Positions 15,992 to 24,899 of a DNA stretch of 32,000 nt are shown one piece after another. Source of the DNA: Methylorubrum extorquens (GTDB taxonomy: Bacteria; Pseudomonadota; Alphaproteobacteria; Rhizobiales; Beijerinckiaceae); the NCBI GenBank assembly GCA_900234795.1, contig LT962688.1:1590001-1622000 (forward strand), read 5' to 3'. Every line of letters starts with the position of its first letter. Position 1 is the stretch's first letter. Made by a program: the position numbers and the translations under genes. Under the pieces are notes generated by a model. That model made no database searches and was not told the DNA's origin. It saw nothing but the letters and a program-made list of their open reading frames with translations.

Positions 15992-16438
15992 ATGAAAACG
16001 CTTCAGGCCCGCCTCGTAGCGCTCGCGGTGATCTTAGGTGGCGCTTCGGCAGCGCCTTCGACGCTGGCTTGGGCTCAAACGGCCTCCTCGCCCGCAGTCA
16101 ACAACTGGGCTGATCTCCGAGCCGCACTGGCATCCTGCTGGACGGTGCCGGCAGACACGGAAGGTTCGCAGATCGCCTTCCGTTTCGGCCTGAACAAGAC
16201 AGGGGGTATGCGGGGCCCACCGCTCGTCACGTCACGGCAGCTCAAGGGCGATCAGGAGGCGCGGAAACGGTTCGAGGATGCCGCCTTCGAGGCGCTGTCT
16301 CGGTGCTTTCCCATGAGGATCACCCCCGCATTCGGAGCCATCCTCGGCGAGAGCCCCATCAGGCTGAGACTCGTCAACACCCCACCGACGGCAGCGTACC
16401 AGATCAACAACAACATCACGATCTTCGCGCCACAATGA
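15992..16438 (+). CDS. Exported hypothetical protein (TonB/TolA C-terminal-like fold suspected)
   Basis: The signal peptide MKTLQARLVALAVILGGASAAPSTLAWA follows GGAG 8 nt upstream. The mature part reads ..LRAALASCWTVPADTEGSQIAFRFGLNKTGGMRGPPLV...AFEALSRCFPM.. Confidence 0.7.
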   Translation: MKTLQARLVALAVILGGASAAPSTLAWAQTASSPAVNNWADLRAALASCWTVPADTEGSQIAFRFGLNKTGGMRGPPLVTSRQLKGDQEARKRFEDAAFEALSRCFPMRITPAFGAILGESPIRLRLVNTPPTAAYQINNNITIFAPQ

Positions 16439-16561
16439 GGCTGGTTCGCAGGCCGTCGCCACCGACTTCGAGCGAATCCTGGCCCAGCAGGACGAAATTG
16501 ATTGGACGCCAGGCGACTGACGCACCGCGCGCAAGATTACCGCTCCTACTCGCAGTTAGCC

Positions 16562-16822
16562 ATGCCGTCAGAAGACCACGATCTCGAGCTTTCCCCCCTG
16601 TCCGGCCCCGTGATGCGAGAGGGCGTGACGGTCTTGGTCTACATCTACCGCTTCGCCGGTACCGATGAAGGCTGGACCCTTGAGGTGGTCGATCATGAGG
16701 ATGGCTCGACTGTCTGGGAAGGGTCCTTCGATACGGACGTTGAGGCCTACGAGGCTTTTGAGCAGTGCATCCAAGAGGACGGCATCAGGACTTTCACAGA
16801 GGACGCGCCAACGCGGCACTAA
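16562..16822 (+). CDS. Small acidic hypothetical protein
   Basis: Reads MPSEDHDLELSPLSGPVMREGVTVLVYIYRFAGTDEGWTLEVVDHEDGSTVWEGSFDTDVEAYEAFEQCIQEDGIRTF. Third-position G/C is high. There is no clear SD, so the start is uncertain (the ORF opens at TTG 16502). Confidence 0.6.
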   Translation: MPSEDHDLELSPLSGPVMREGVTVLVYIYRFAGTDEGWTLEVVDHEDGSTVWEGSFDTDVEAYEAFEQCIQEDGIRTFTEDAPTRH

Positions 16823-17567
16823 CGGCGAGCCTGAGCGTGATCTCACGGTGATTGCAGCGGGCTGGCCGCGAAGGGCTTGTCCTCAGGAACCCAACTCAGT
16901 GCCCACCGACGCGCGGTGGCCAGACGGCCGCAGCGACGACACCAGACATTCTCCGCGCGCTCGCGATCGCTGCTCGCACGACGGCGTCCGCGCCTTCAAC
17001 TTCAGCACGCTTTTCCAGATCAAGCAGCTGCTGAAATAGATGTTCCTGCTCGCTGAGGGGGAAAATTGGGTTGCTCTTGCGCCAACAACGCAACAAGTTC
17101 GCGCATGAAGCGGCAGCCTTCTTCCTGGGCTTGCTCGGCCATGACCAATTCTCCGACGACGCGTTTCGCCGATTTTCCTGGTACGATGGCCCATGCCTTT
17201 GCGCTCCAATCCATGTTTCTTCCCGGATGGATGGGAGACAGGCGATCTTGGTCCCGGCGGGTCGGCGCCGCCTTTCTCCAATGGCTCGTGCCTACGAAAA
17301 TGCCCCGCGCGGCTGAGCCGGCGGGGCAAGTCTTCGGAGGGACCGCCACAGTCCACTGAACGGGCAATCCGCTTCCGAAAGCGTTGTTCAAACTCAGTGC
17401 GAAATCATACCGTCCGAGAAGACCAAAATCTGCAACGGCTGAGCTGGGCGGGATTGATGCGACGTGAGCTGCCGACGCTCGTCTCTCGTCGTTTCGGTTC
17501 CGGCAACTGAACCCGGGCCGACGCAGGAGGTTGAGCAGGGGCCAACAAGAAGCCTTGGAGGAAACCA

Positions 17568-18192
17568 ATGTCCCGTCTGCATCTACTCTGCGGAGCTGTC
17601 GCTTTCGCCGCCTTCAGTTTTGGCCCGGCAGCGTTTGCGCAGGAAGGCGGCCCATGCACGGATGATATTGCCAAACTGAAACGCGAACTCGGTACACAGG
17701 TCGGGATGGGGGGCACCTGTCTCGGAGCCGGATTACGGTCAGCAGAAAGGCCCCAGTGATACAGCAGGTAGGAGCGCCACAGCGGGCGCTGCGACCACTA
17801 ACACGGCCAAGCCGGTCGGAACTCCAGAGACGGATCGCGCACAGCAAGGCGGCGCCTCCCGTGAGAGTGGCGGCTCCCCGGGCACGGTCGGTGGCGTTTC
17901 TGGACCGGTCGGCGCTGCCGCTGGTTCAGGGCAGGCCGATGCTGTTGCGGCCGGTCGCGTGGCGACGTCACCCGAGGACGTCCGTCGTCAGTCGGAGAAC
18001 CGCCCGACCGCTGCTGCGGACGCGGCAAAAGGCGGCGATGCTAAAGCTTCACCCGAACGCTCGTCCGAAGATAAGGTCTCTCAGGCTAAAATGGCGCTAC
18101 AGAAAGCGGTGGACCTGAACGCCAAGGGTGACCAGAGCTGCCGTGAGGCCGTCAAGCAGGCTCAAAACCTGATGCCTCAGCAAGGTCGTTGA
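17568..18192 (+). pseudogene. Secreted low-complexity protein gene with a frameshift at a G6 run
   Basis: ORF 17568..17759 begins with GGAGG 6 nt upstream of the ATG and a signal peptide (MSRLHLLCGAVAFAAFSFGPAAFAQE). The +1 frame is open from 17680 to 18192. My translation of it reads ..APVSEPDYGQQKGPSDTAGRSATAGAATTNTAKPVGTPETD..GSGQADAVAAGRVATSPEDV..KMALQKAVDLNAKGDQSCREAVKQAQNLMPQQGR. The frame switch coincides with GGGGGG at 17708-17713. Confidence 0.65.
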
Positions 18193-18304
18193 GCAGCGAG
18201 TGCTTCAACGACAGACATACGACTGGAACAGATGAACTCACGGCTGTCCACTTCCGATTAGTCGGCCGGAAAAGCTGGCGATCAGAAAGCCGGATTTTGG
18301 GTGG

Positions 18305-19408
18305 TCACCGCGCTTGGCGCCACTTTAGATAGGCTTGGTAGATCTCCTCCTTTCCGGCCGGTCGCTCGGGCTGTGACTGGAAGAACCGATCCAGATCCGG
18401 CCGGGCAGCGGCCTCCTGCTCCTTGTGGCGGTCGAGCCACTCCTGCGCCGGCCGGAAGCGCCTCCAGCCCTTCACCGAGGCCGCGAAGTTGACCTCCCGC
18501 CATTTCGGATGCCGCTGCGGAGCCAGAAACTTGTCGAACTGGCCGAAGAAGGCGTCGACGAAGCGGACGAGCTTCTCATAGCGCGCTGATCCCTTCGGGC
18601 TGTTGTAGACCCCGAGGACCGTACCGACCGCGACGGTCTCCACCGCCTGTTCGCCGACAAACTTCGGATAATCAGTCCGCGTCAGGGTCGCGGGGACATA
18701 GGCTTCGTTCATCGTGTCCGGGTAGGGCGCCGTCACGAAGTGGAAGCGCTCACCCGGATCGAAGCCCGCAATGAAAGCCACCGGCTTAGCCGCCACCGAA
18801 ACGACAGCCTGAATCTCGCCGTTGCGTAGCATCTCGAGGGCGGTGGGCTGATCGACGTTGATCCCCTCCACGGTGACGCCGAGCTCGCGAAACATGGCCC
18901 GGCCGCTGTAGTCGGTGCCGCTGCCCTTGACGTCGAAGCTGACCCGCTTGCCGGCGAGATCGCTGACTGTTCGCACCGAATTGGGTGCGATGATATGCAG
19001 CTCATCGTCGAAGAGCTTGGCAATGTATTGGATTTGCCGCTCAATGTTGCTCAGGCGCTTGTCTTGCCGCAGCTGGTCCAGGGTATCGGTGCGAACGAAA
19101 CCCAGATCAACACCCTTCAGGAACCGGATGTCATAGGCGTTTTCGCCCGCTCCCTTGCCGAGCATCGGCAAGATCCGCAGCTTATCGCCGTCATCCAGCA
19201 CGAAGGCGAGCTCGGCGCCGACGCGGAAGTAGGTTCCGCCGGGCGTGCCGGTCACCACCGTGACGGTGTTGGCGTTCATGCGCTCGCCGAGGGCAGCTTC
19301 CGTTGCGGGGGCGGCCTCGACCGGTGCGGTGTCTGGGGCTGCCGCGACAGGGTCGTTCGCCATCAGGGCGATCCCCATAAGGGCGGCGTACAGGCCAAGC
19401 CTCGACAT
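18305..19408 (-). CDS. TAXI-family (TRAP-associated) periplasmic solute-binding protein, orphan
   Basis: It has a signal peptide (MSRLGLYAALMGIALMA). It contains VTVVTGTPGGTYFRVGAELAFVL...LGKGAGENAYDIRFLKGVDLGFVRTD...HIIAPNSVRTVSDLAGKRVSFDVKGSGTDYSGRAMF, matching the TAXI pattern (TGgxgGxYxxxG...ENxxxL...DLxGKRVsxGxxGSGT). No TRAP permease gene is nearby. Confidence 0.75.
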   Translation of the reverse strand: MSRLGLYAALMGIALMANDPVAAAPDTAPVEAAPATEAALGERMNANTVTVVTGTPGGTYFRVGAELAFVLDDGDKLRILPMLGKGAGENAYDIRFLKGVDLGFVRTDTLDQLRQDKRLSNIERQIQYIAKLFDDELHIIAPNSVRTVSDLAGKRVSFDVKGSGTDYSGRAMFRELGVTVEGINVDQPTALEMLRNGEIQAVVSVAAKPVAFIAGFDPGERFHFVTAPYPDTMNEAYVPATLTRTDYPKFVGEQAVETVAVGTVLGVYNSPKGSARYEKLVRFVDAFFGQFDKFLAPQRHPKWREVNFAASVKGWRRFRPAQEWLDRHKEQEAAARPDLDRFFQSQPERPAGKEEIYQAYLKWRQAR

Positions 19409-19453
19409 GTGCGTGTCCCTCGGTGATTGTCGGACTTTCTTCAGGGCGTGCTG

Positions 19454-20518
19454 TCAGCGGCCCGTCGCGGCGAGCAGCCGCTCATCCGTCTGGTTCTGAG
19501 CTGCGGCCTTCGCGTACAGGCTCCTGGCGAGATCCGGATCGGCCCGCAGGCCGCGCACGTTCCAGCGGCGCAGCATGTCCACATCCCAGGTCTGTGCCAG
19601 GAGGAAGGTCGCGTTCGGTGCGTTGCGCGCCTGTGCACGCTCCAGCAAAAGTCGGGCGCCGCTGATATCGCCGAGCCGTATCAGGCCCCTGGCACGCTCC
19701 ACCAGCGGGTCCGCCTGGAGCGTTGGCCGTGCCGTCTCTACGGGACGTTTGAGCCGCGCAGCCTCGCCCTCAGCGGCGGGGCTCTTCTCTGTGACGGCGG
19801 GCGAGGCCGGACGGTCGATCCCCGCTGTGTTCGTGAGAGGTGTGCCACGGGCCGACGGCACCACGACGCCCTCGGCCGTGGCCGATGCATCGGGAGCGGC
19901 AGCACTGGCGATGACTTGAGGGGGCGACAGGGTTCCGCGAGTCGCAGCCGCCGGCTTCTCGGGGCTGCGTGGTTCGTCGCCGGCGGCAGTGGCCCGATCA
20001 GGACCGTCGGGGCGGAAACTGACGTTGAGAAGGCTCGTCGCGACATCGACCTGCCCGCCGGACCCCGCAGTCCAGATCGCCGCGACGGCGAGCGAGAAGC
20101 GGCTCTCGCGCTCGTCGGTCTGCGTGATTTTGATGTTCGGGAGATCCCACGCTTTGATGTCTACGTCCCTTGTCTCGTCTGACGGCGAGAAAGTGTTGGT
20201 CGAGTCGCTGATCGTCACGCCTTGGGGTAGGCCCAGCAGGAGGATGGATTCGATCGAGACCCGGCCTGTGCGGACAAGCTTGATTTCCAGCGGGAGAGGG
20301 GTGCCGAGCTTCCCGGAGACATCGTGTGCAGCAAAGAAGAGATCAGATGTCTTGCCCTGACCGGAATCTGCATCGCTTCTGCTGCCGGGTGCCGCGACGT
20401 CGGCAGGAGGCTGGCCGTCCGCGACTTGTGCGGATGCCGGAAGACTAAAATAGAATACCGAAACGAGCGCTATCATTGCCGGAATGTAACCGGCCATATT
20501 CGTGCGATGCGTTTCCAT
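19454..20518 (-). CDS. Exported protein with a C-terminal Sel1/TPR-like repeat
   Basis: It has a signal peptide (METHRTNMAGYIPAMIALVSVFYFSLPASAQ). The C-terminus reads LVERARGLIRLGDISGARLLLERAQARNAPNATFLLAQTWDVDMLRRWNVRGLRADPDLARSLYAKAA. AGGA lies 10 nt upstream of ATG 20518. It sits 46 bp upstream of the TAXI gene on the same strand. Confidence 0.72.
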   Translation of the reverse strand: METHRTNMAGYIPAMIALVSVFYFSLPASAQVADGQPPADVAAPGSRSDADSGQGKTSDLFFAAHDVSGKLGTPLPLEIKLVRTGRVSIESILLLGLPQGVTISDSTNTFSPSDETRDVDIKAWDLPNIKITQTDERESRFSLAVAAIWTAGSGGQVDVATSLLNVSFRPDGPDRATAAGDEPRSPEKPAAATRGTLSPPQVIASAAAPDASATAEGVVVPSARGTPLTNTAGIDRPASPAVTEKSPAAEGEAARLKRPVETARPTLQADPLVERARGLIRLGDISGARLLLERAQARNAPNATFLLAQTWDVDMLRRWNVRGLRADPDLARSLYAKAAAQNQTDERLLAATGR

Positions 20519-21056
20519 CGGATGCAATCCTTGTCAGGCGCGTTCCGCTAGAAGTTAGCCTCGGATACAGTGCTTTCTACTTTGCGTCAATTAATTTTGG
20601 TTAGTATTTGCCTCGAGGGTGCGGGCAATTGCGGCGAACTCAGCCGTATTCCGAGCGATGCCGACGCAAGATTTCGTGATGCCAACGGAATCGAGGCTGG
20701 TTCACGGCCGCTTTCGGTCGTCCTTCTGCCAGTTCGCACCGTTGCGCTCTTCGGGTGCAATCGAGCAGGCTTCTGCAATGAACTGGCGCCGCCCGGCTCA
20801 GCCGCGGCGAGGTTCTTCCGTGCATCAGCCTATATCGAGCTGCTCCGCCCGAACTACCCCGGAAGATTTGTTCGGTGGCCGGCGCTTGGTGTGACTGTCC
20901 ACATGCGCGATCCAAGATCCCCATCGGGCCGATCACACCGTCGTGCATGAAACGCCGGAGGACGTGGTGCGGGCGCCACGTGTGGAGCGACGGGCAAAAG
21001 AGCCGTGACCAAGAAGCGATGGAGGGTCCACTTCTGAGCCTCAAAAGCCATCAGGC

Positions 21057-22101
21057 TCAGCTCTTGTGTTCTCTTGAGAGGCGATAACCCGTTGTTTCTG
21101 CTGCGCGCACGCGAACCGCAGCAACCAACTCGTCGAACATGGGGGAGGCGAGAGAGCGGCTCGCCGCGAGATAGTATGTCTCCCAGCCGACCGAGAGGAA
21201 ATCGAGGCCGAGTCGCTCGGCCGCAACGCGCACGCCGAGTCCGGCATCAGCCGCTCCGCAGGCGATCATCGCCGCGACCGCCTGATGCGTGAACTCCTCG
21301 ACGGCGTAGCCCTGGATCGCGTCCGGCGAAAGACCGGCCCTCGCCAGCATGCGGTCGAACCAACTGCGCGTGCCTGATCCCGGCTGGCGGTTGACGTAGC
21401 GCACCCCCCCCGGCGGTCAGGTCGGCGAGGGTGCGGATCCCGAGCGGATTACCGGGGGCGAGCAGCAGTCCCTGCTCGCGCTCGAACAGCGGGCGCGGCA
21501 CGAGCCCAGCGCTCGAACTGACGCGCGAGAACGGAACATCCGCCTGTTCGGGGGTCAGCGCCCCACAATGGAAGCCCGCAGCATCGACGCCGCCGTCGAG
21601 GAGGAGCTTCACCGCCGCGCTGCTGCCCATCACCGACAGTCGGATCTGGCCGTGCTCGGCCGGGAGCTCGCGCAGGACCTCGATCAGCAGCGGGTCGTGA
21701 CTGGCTGCGAGCGTCAGCACTTCGGATCGGCCGGTGAGCAGACGCCGCAGACGATGCTCGATGGCGCGGGTCTCGCGTCCGAGGTTCGCGTCTAGCCCCG
21801 CGACCGCGGAGGTGAGAGCTTCGGCCAGGGCAGCGCCGAACTCGGTGAGTTCAGAGCCCTGGCCCCGGGTCTTGCGCACGAGCGGCTGGCCGAGAGCCAC
21901 GTCGTACATCTGCAGTCGGCACCAAGCCGTGCGATAGGACAGGCCGAGGGTCTCGCTTAACCCCTTGATCGACTTCGTTCTTCGGATCGCTTCGAGCGCC
22001 ACCATCAGGTCAGACACCTCAAGCACGTTCGAACCGATTTGCATCGAACCGACGAGTCGGACGGAGACGACAACAGCCCCCGTATCGGCAGTCGAATTCA
22101 T
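21057..22101 (-). pseudogene. ModE-like HTH + periplasmic-binding-protein-like (PBP_like_2) regulator gene with a frameshift at a G8/C8 run
   Basis: The N-terminal piece is the ORF ending at 21247 (IGSNVLEVSDLMVALEAIRRTKSIKGLSETLGLSYRTAWCRLQMYDVALGQPLVRKTRGQGSELTEFG...LAPGNPLGIRTLADLTAGGG). The C-terminal piece is ORF 21057..21404 ((V)RYVNRQPGSGTRSWFDRMLARAGLSPDAIQGYAVEEFTHQAVAAMIACGAADAGLGVRVAAERLGLDFL). The two join across CCCCCCCC at 21404-21411; removing one base restores LTAGGVRYVNRQ. Confidence 0.75.
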
Positions 22102-22311
22102 ATTGATGGCGCTCCAATTGTCGTAGACAACCGGATAAACCAAAATCTCGTGTCGCGTCGCGGCATAACGGCGGCCCGATCGAGGTGACGCGGGTCGAGG
22201 GGCGGGTAGCTGTCGCGTGCGACGCCTTGCAGTGCAGGAAACACGCCTTCGAACAGTCGAACCTTGCCAGATCTCGTCGAAGTCGTTGGGGCCGATCCGG
22301 AAGCTTGAGCA

Positions 22312-22620
22312 ATGGCTGCTTTTCTGACCGTCGGCGACCTTTTCAAAGCTAAGACCGTCACCGACGAGCAGGTGAGCGCGGCTGTCGAGACGTATCTGAT
22401 GAAGCCCGATACGTCAGCGCATACGATCGCCGACGGCTACACGGTGGACCTTGCTGCGGCCGTCGAGAGCCATGGCTGGGCAAGCCAAATCACGGCCCGT
22501 CCGAAAACAAATCCCATTCTGAAGCGAGCGGCGGTTCAGACGGCGATCCTGCTGGCCCGTGTGAGGAAGGCGCAGACCAGAGTCAAAAGGGATCGGACCA
22601 TCGCCGCGGGCGAGCCATGA
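22312..22620 (+). CDS. Hypothetical protein (102 aa)
   Basis: ATG-initiated ORF with G/C-rich third positions, reading MAAFLTVGDLFKAKTVTDEQVSAAVETYLMKPDTSAHTIADGYTVDLAAAVESHGWASQ.. It is divergent from the ModE-like gene. No family was recognised. Confidence 0.55.
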   Translation: MAAFLTVGDLFKAKTVTDEQVSAAVETYLMKPDTSAHTIADGYTVDLAAAVESHGWASQITARPKTNPILKRAAVQTAILLARVRKAQTRVKRDRTIAAGEP

Positions 22621-22720
22621 AGCAATCGGTGCTTTATTCAGCCATGGGGTTCGCGCGTTTCCCCTTCCCGGAACGAAGCAAATACCGCTTTTCTGCATGC
22701 AGCAGGAATCCTGCGCGGTG

Positions 22721-22786
22721 CTCTGATTGCCGACATCGGCCCGGCGATCGAGCGCACCCGCCCTCACATCGGGGATTGGTAGCGGA
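22721..22786 (+). repeat. Repeat family B, left copy (inverted relative to 24838-24899)
   Basis: CTCTGATTGCCGACATCGGCCCGGCGATCGAGCGCACCCGCCCTCACATCGGGGATTGGTAGCGGA. The 53-nt core (22734-22786) matches the reverse complement of 24838-24890 with 7 mismatches by hand count. Confidence 0.8.
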
Positions 22787-23016
22787 CTGGGACGCTTCCG
22801 TTCGGAGGGGCAGCACCGCGATGGGACAACAACAACGGACCTCGATAATGTCCGTTCATTCCCCGCTGACGATATCCTTGGGCCGCGGGTGCAATTGCCA
22901 CGGCCTGGGCAGGAACCGGTAAGGTCTGTCGGGGCATGTATGCATTCGCGAATCGAGGCTCGGAGTAATCGGCGTACTGCCGACTGCTTCTCCTTGTGGA
23001 GAATGGCAAACACCCG

Positions 23017-24812
23017 ATGTCTGGAACGGATTGCCGCGAGCGTCTCGAAGAAGATCGTTTGAATGCGCTCCAGGCACTCAACCTCCTCGACACGCCTCCG
23101 AGCGAGAGCTTCGACCGCATCACACGGATGGCCAGCCAGATCTTCAACCTGCCGATCTCGGCGGTGTCGTTGACGGATCGCGACCGGCAATGGTTCAAGT
23201 CGCGCATCGGTGTCGATCACTGCTCCATCCCACGGGACAAGGCACCGTGCGGGCAGGTCGCCGACAGCGCCGAAGTCCTCGTGATCCCCGATTTGGCGCA
23301 GGACGCCTTCTACGCCGACAGCGTGCTCGGCCGCTCCGGCATCCGCTTCTATGCCGGCGCACCGCTGGTCACGCGCGAAGGCTACAGCCTGGGTGCCCTC
23401 TGTGTCCTTGGAACCGAGCCGCGCACGGTCTCTCCGGCCGAGATCGCCGCCCTCACGGACCTCGCCGCGATGGTCATGGCGCAGATCGAGTTGCAGCACG
23501 CATTCGGCCGGGTCGATCCGTTGAGTGGCCTGCCCAGCCGGAACCAGTTCCTGGACGACCTCGCCGATCTCGCCGCCGAGCATCCGAACGAGGCCAGGAT
23601 CGCTGTGCTCATCGATCTCGGCCGACCCGAGCAGGTCAGTGCTTATAGCCGCGTCATGGGTCCGGGCCGCGTCGACGATCTGGTGCGGGAGGCCGCGCGG
23701 GAGTTGCGGCGCCTCATCGGCCCAGGGCGCAAACTCTACCACACGGCGGCCACCCAGTTCACCTTTCTCGCTCCACGCGGGGCTCAGCAGGATGACTATG
23801 TCCGCCTCCTCGCGGACGAGCACCGGCAGGCGCGGCAACGCTCCATCACTGGGATGCTTCTGACAAGCGCGATCGGTGTAAGCGTGTTCAAGCCTTGCAC
23901 GACGGCGCCACAAGACGCGCTGCGCTCCCTCTACAGCGCGGTCCAGGACGCGCGGTCGCTGCACGATCTCATCAGCGTCTACTCGTCCGTTGCCGACGAG
24001 GCCTACCAGCGCCGGTACCACTGCTCCAGGATTTCGGGCCGGCCCTCCGCGCCGACGACCAGCTACGCCTCGTTTTCCAGCCGCGCATCGACCTGTCCAC
24101 CGGTCGATGCATCGGCGCGGAGGCGCTGCTGCGCTGGGACCATCCAGAGTTGGGGCCGGTGTCCCCCGGCGAGTTCGTGCCGGTGATCGAACTCTCGCCC
24201 CACGCGCAGGCGATGACGGCCTTCGTTCTCGAGAGGGCGCTGGCGCAGGCGCGCCGCTGGCAGGATGCCGGGCACAGCTTGGTGATGTCGGTCAACATCT
24301 CAGCCGCGAACCTGATCGAGTCCGGCTTCGGCCAGTCGGTCGAGGCCGGCCTCCGGCGCCACGGCCTTGCGCCCTGGCAGTTGGAACTGGAAGTGACTGA
24401 GAGCGCGATCATGCAAAATGCTGAACAGGCGCGACGTCAGTTGGACTTGCTGGCCGCGGCCGGCATTCGCTCGGCGATTGACGACTTTGGGACAGGCTAC
24501 AGCAGCCTGGCCTACCTGCAGGACATCCCAGCGCACGTCGTGAAGATCGATCAAAGCTTCGTGCGCAAGCTTGCGGACGGCGAGCGGGAACGATCGCTCG
24601 TCCACTCGATGATCCACCTCTCGCATGATCTCGGCTACCGGGTGGTCGCGGAGGGCATCGAGACGGCGGAGGCAGCCGACCAAGTCAGGGCCATGGCCTG
24701 CGATGAAGCGCAGGGCTATCTCTTCGCTCGCCCGCTGGAGATCGGGACATTTGAGACGTGGCTCTGGGAGCATGAGCAGGACGCCCGGTACGAGCCGGCA
24801 CTGGCCAGCTGA
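23017..24812 (+). pseudogene. GAF / degenerate GGDEF / EAL protein gene (c-di-GMP phosphodiesterase type) with a frameshift in the GGDEF-EAL linker
   Basis: The frame of ORF 22996..24186 carries the GAF domain (LLDTPPSESFDRITRMASQIFNLPISAVSLTDRDRQWFKSRIG...IRFYAGAPL) and a GGDEF-like domain whose signature is replaced by KLYHTAATQFTF. ORF 23895..24812 carries the EAL domain from LLQDFGPALRADDQLRLVFQPRIDLSTGRCIGAEALLRW...DDFGTGYSSLAYL...KIDQSFV...EGIET. The join (..DEAYQRRY / LLQDF..) needs a 1-nt correction near 24015-24020. Confidence 0.75.
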
Positions 24813-24837
24813 TCCGCAGCCTCTCCGGCGGCCTCGC

Positions 24838-24899
24838 TCCGCCACCGATCCCCGATGTAGGGGCGGGTCCACTCGATCGCCGGGTCGATGCCTGCAGAG
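24838..24899 (-). repeat. Repeat family B, right copy
   Basis: The reverse complement reads CTCTGCAGGCATCGACCCGGCGATCGAGTGGACCCGCCCCTACATCGGGGATCGGTGGCGGA. See the left copy at 22721-22786. Confidence 0.8.

Noticed and set aside
22414-24021. 535-aa minus-strand ORF, the longest ORF in this part of the window
   Set aside because: It is entirely antisense to the clearly recognisable GAF-GGDEF-EAL coding sequence. Its translation is Arg/Gly/Ala-rich with no domain pattern, which is the typical shadow ORF of high-GC DNA.
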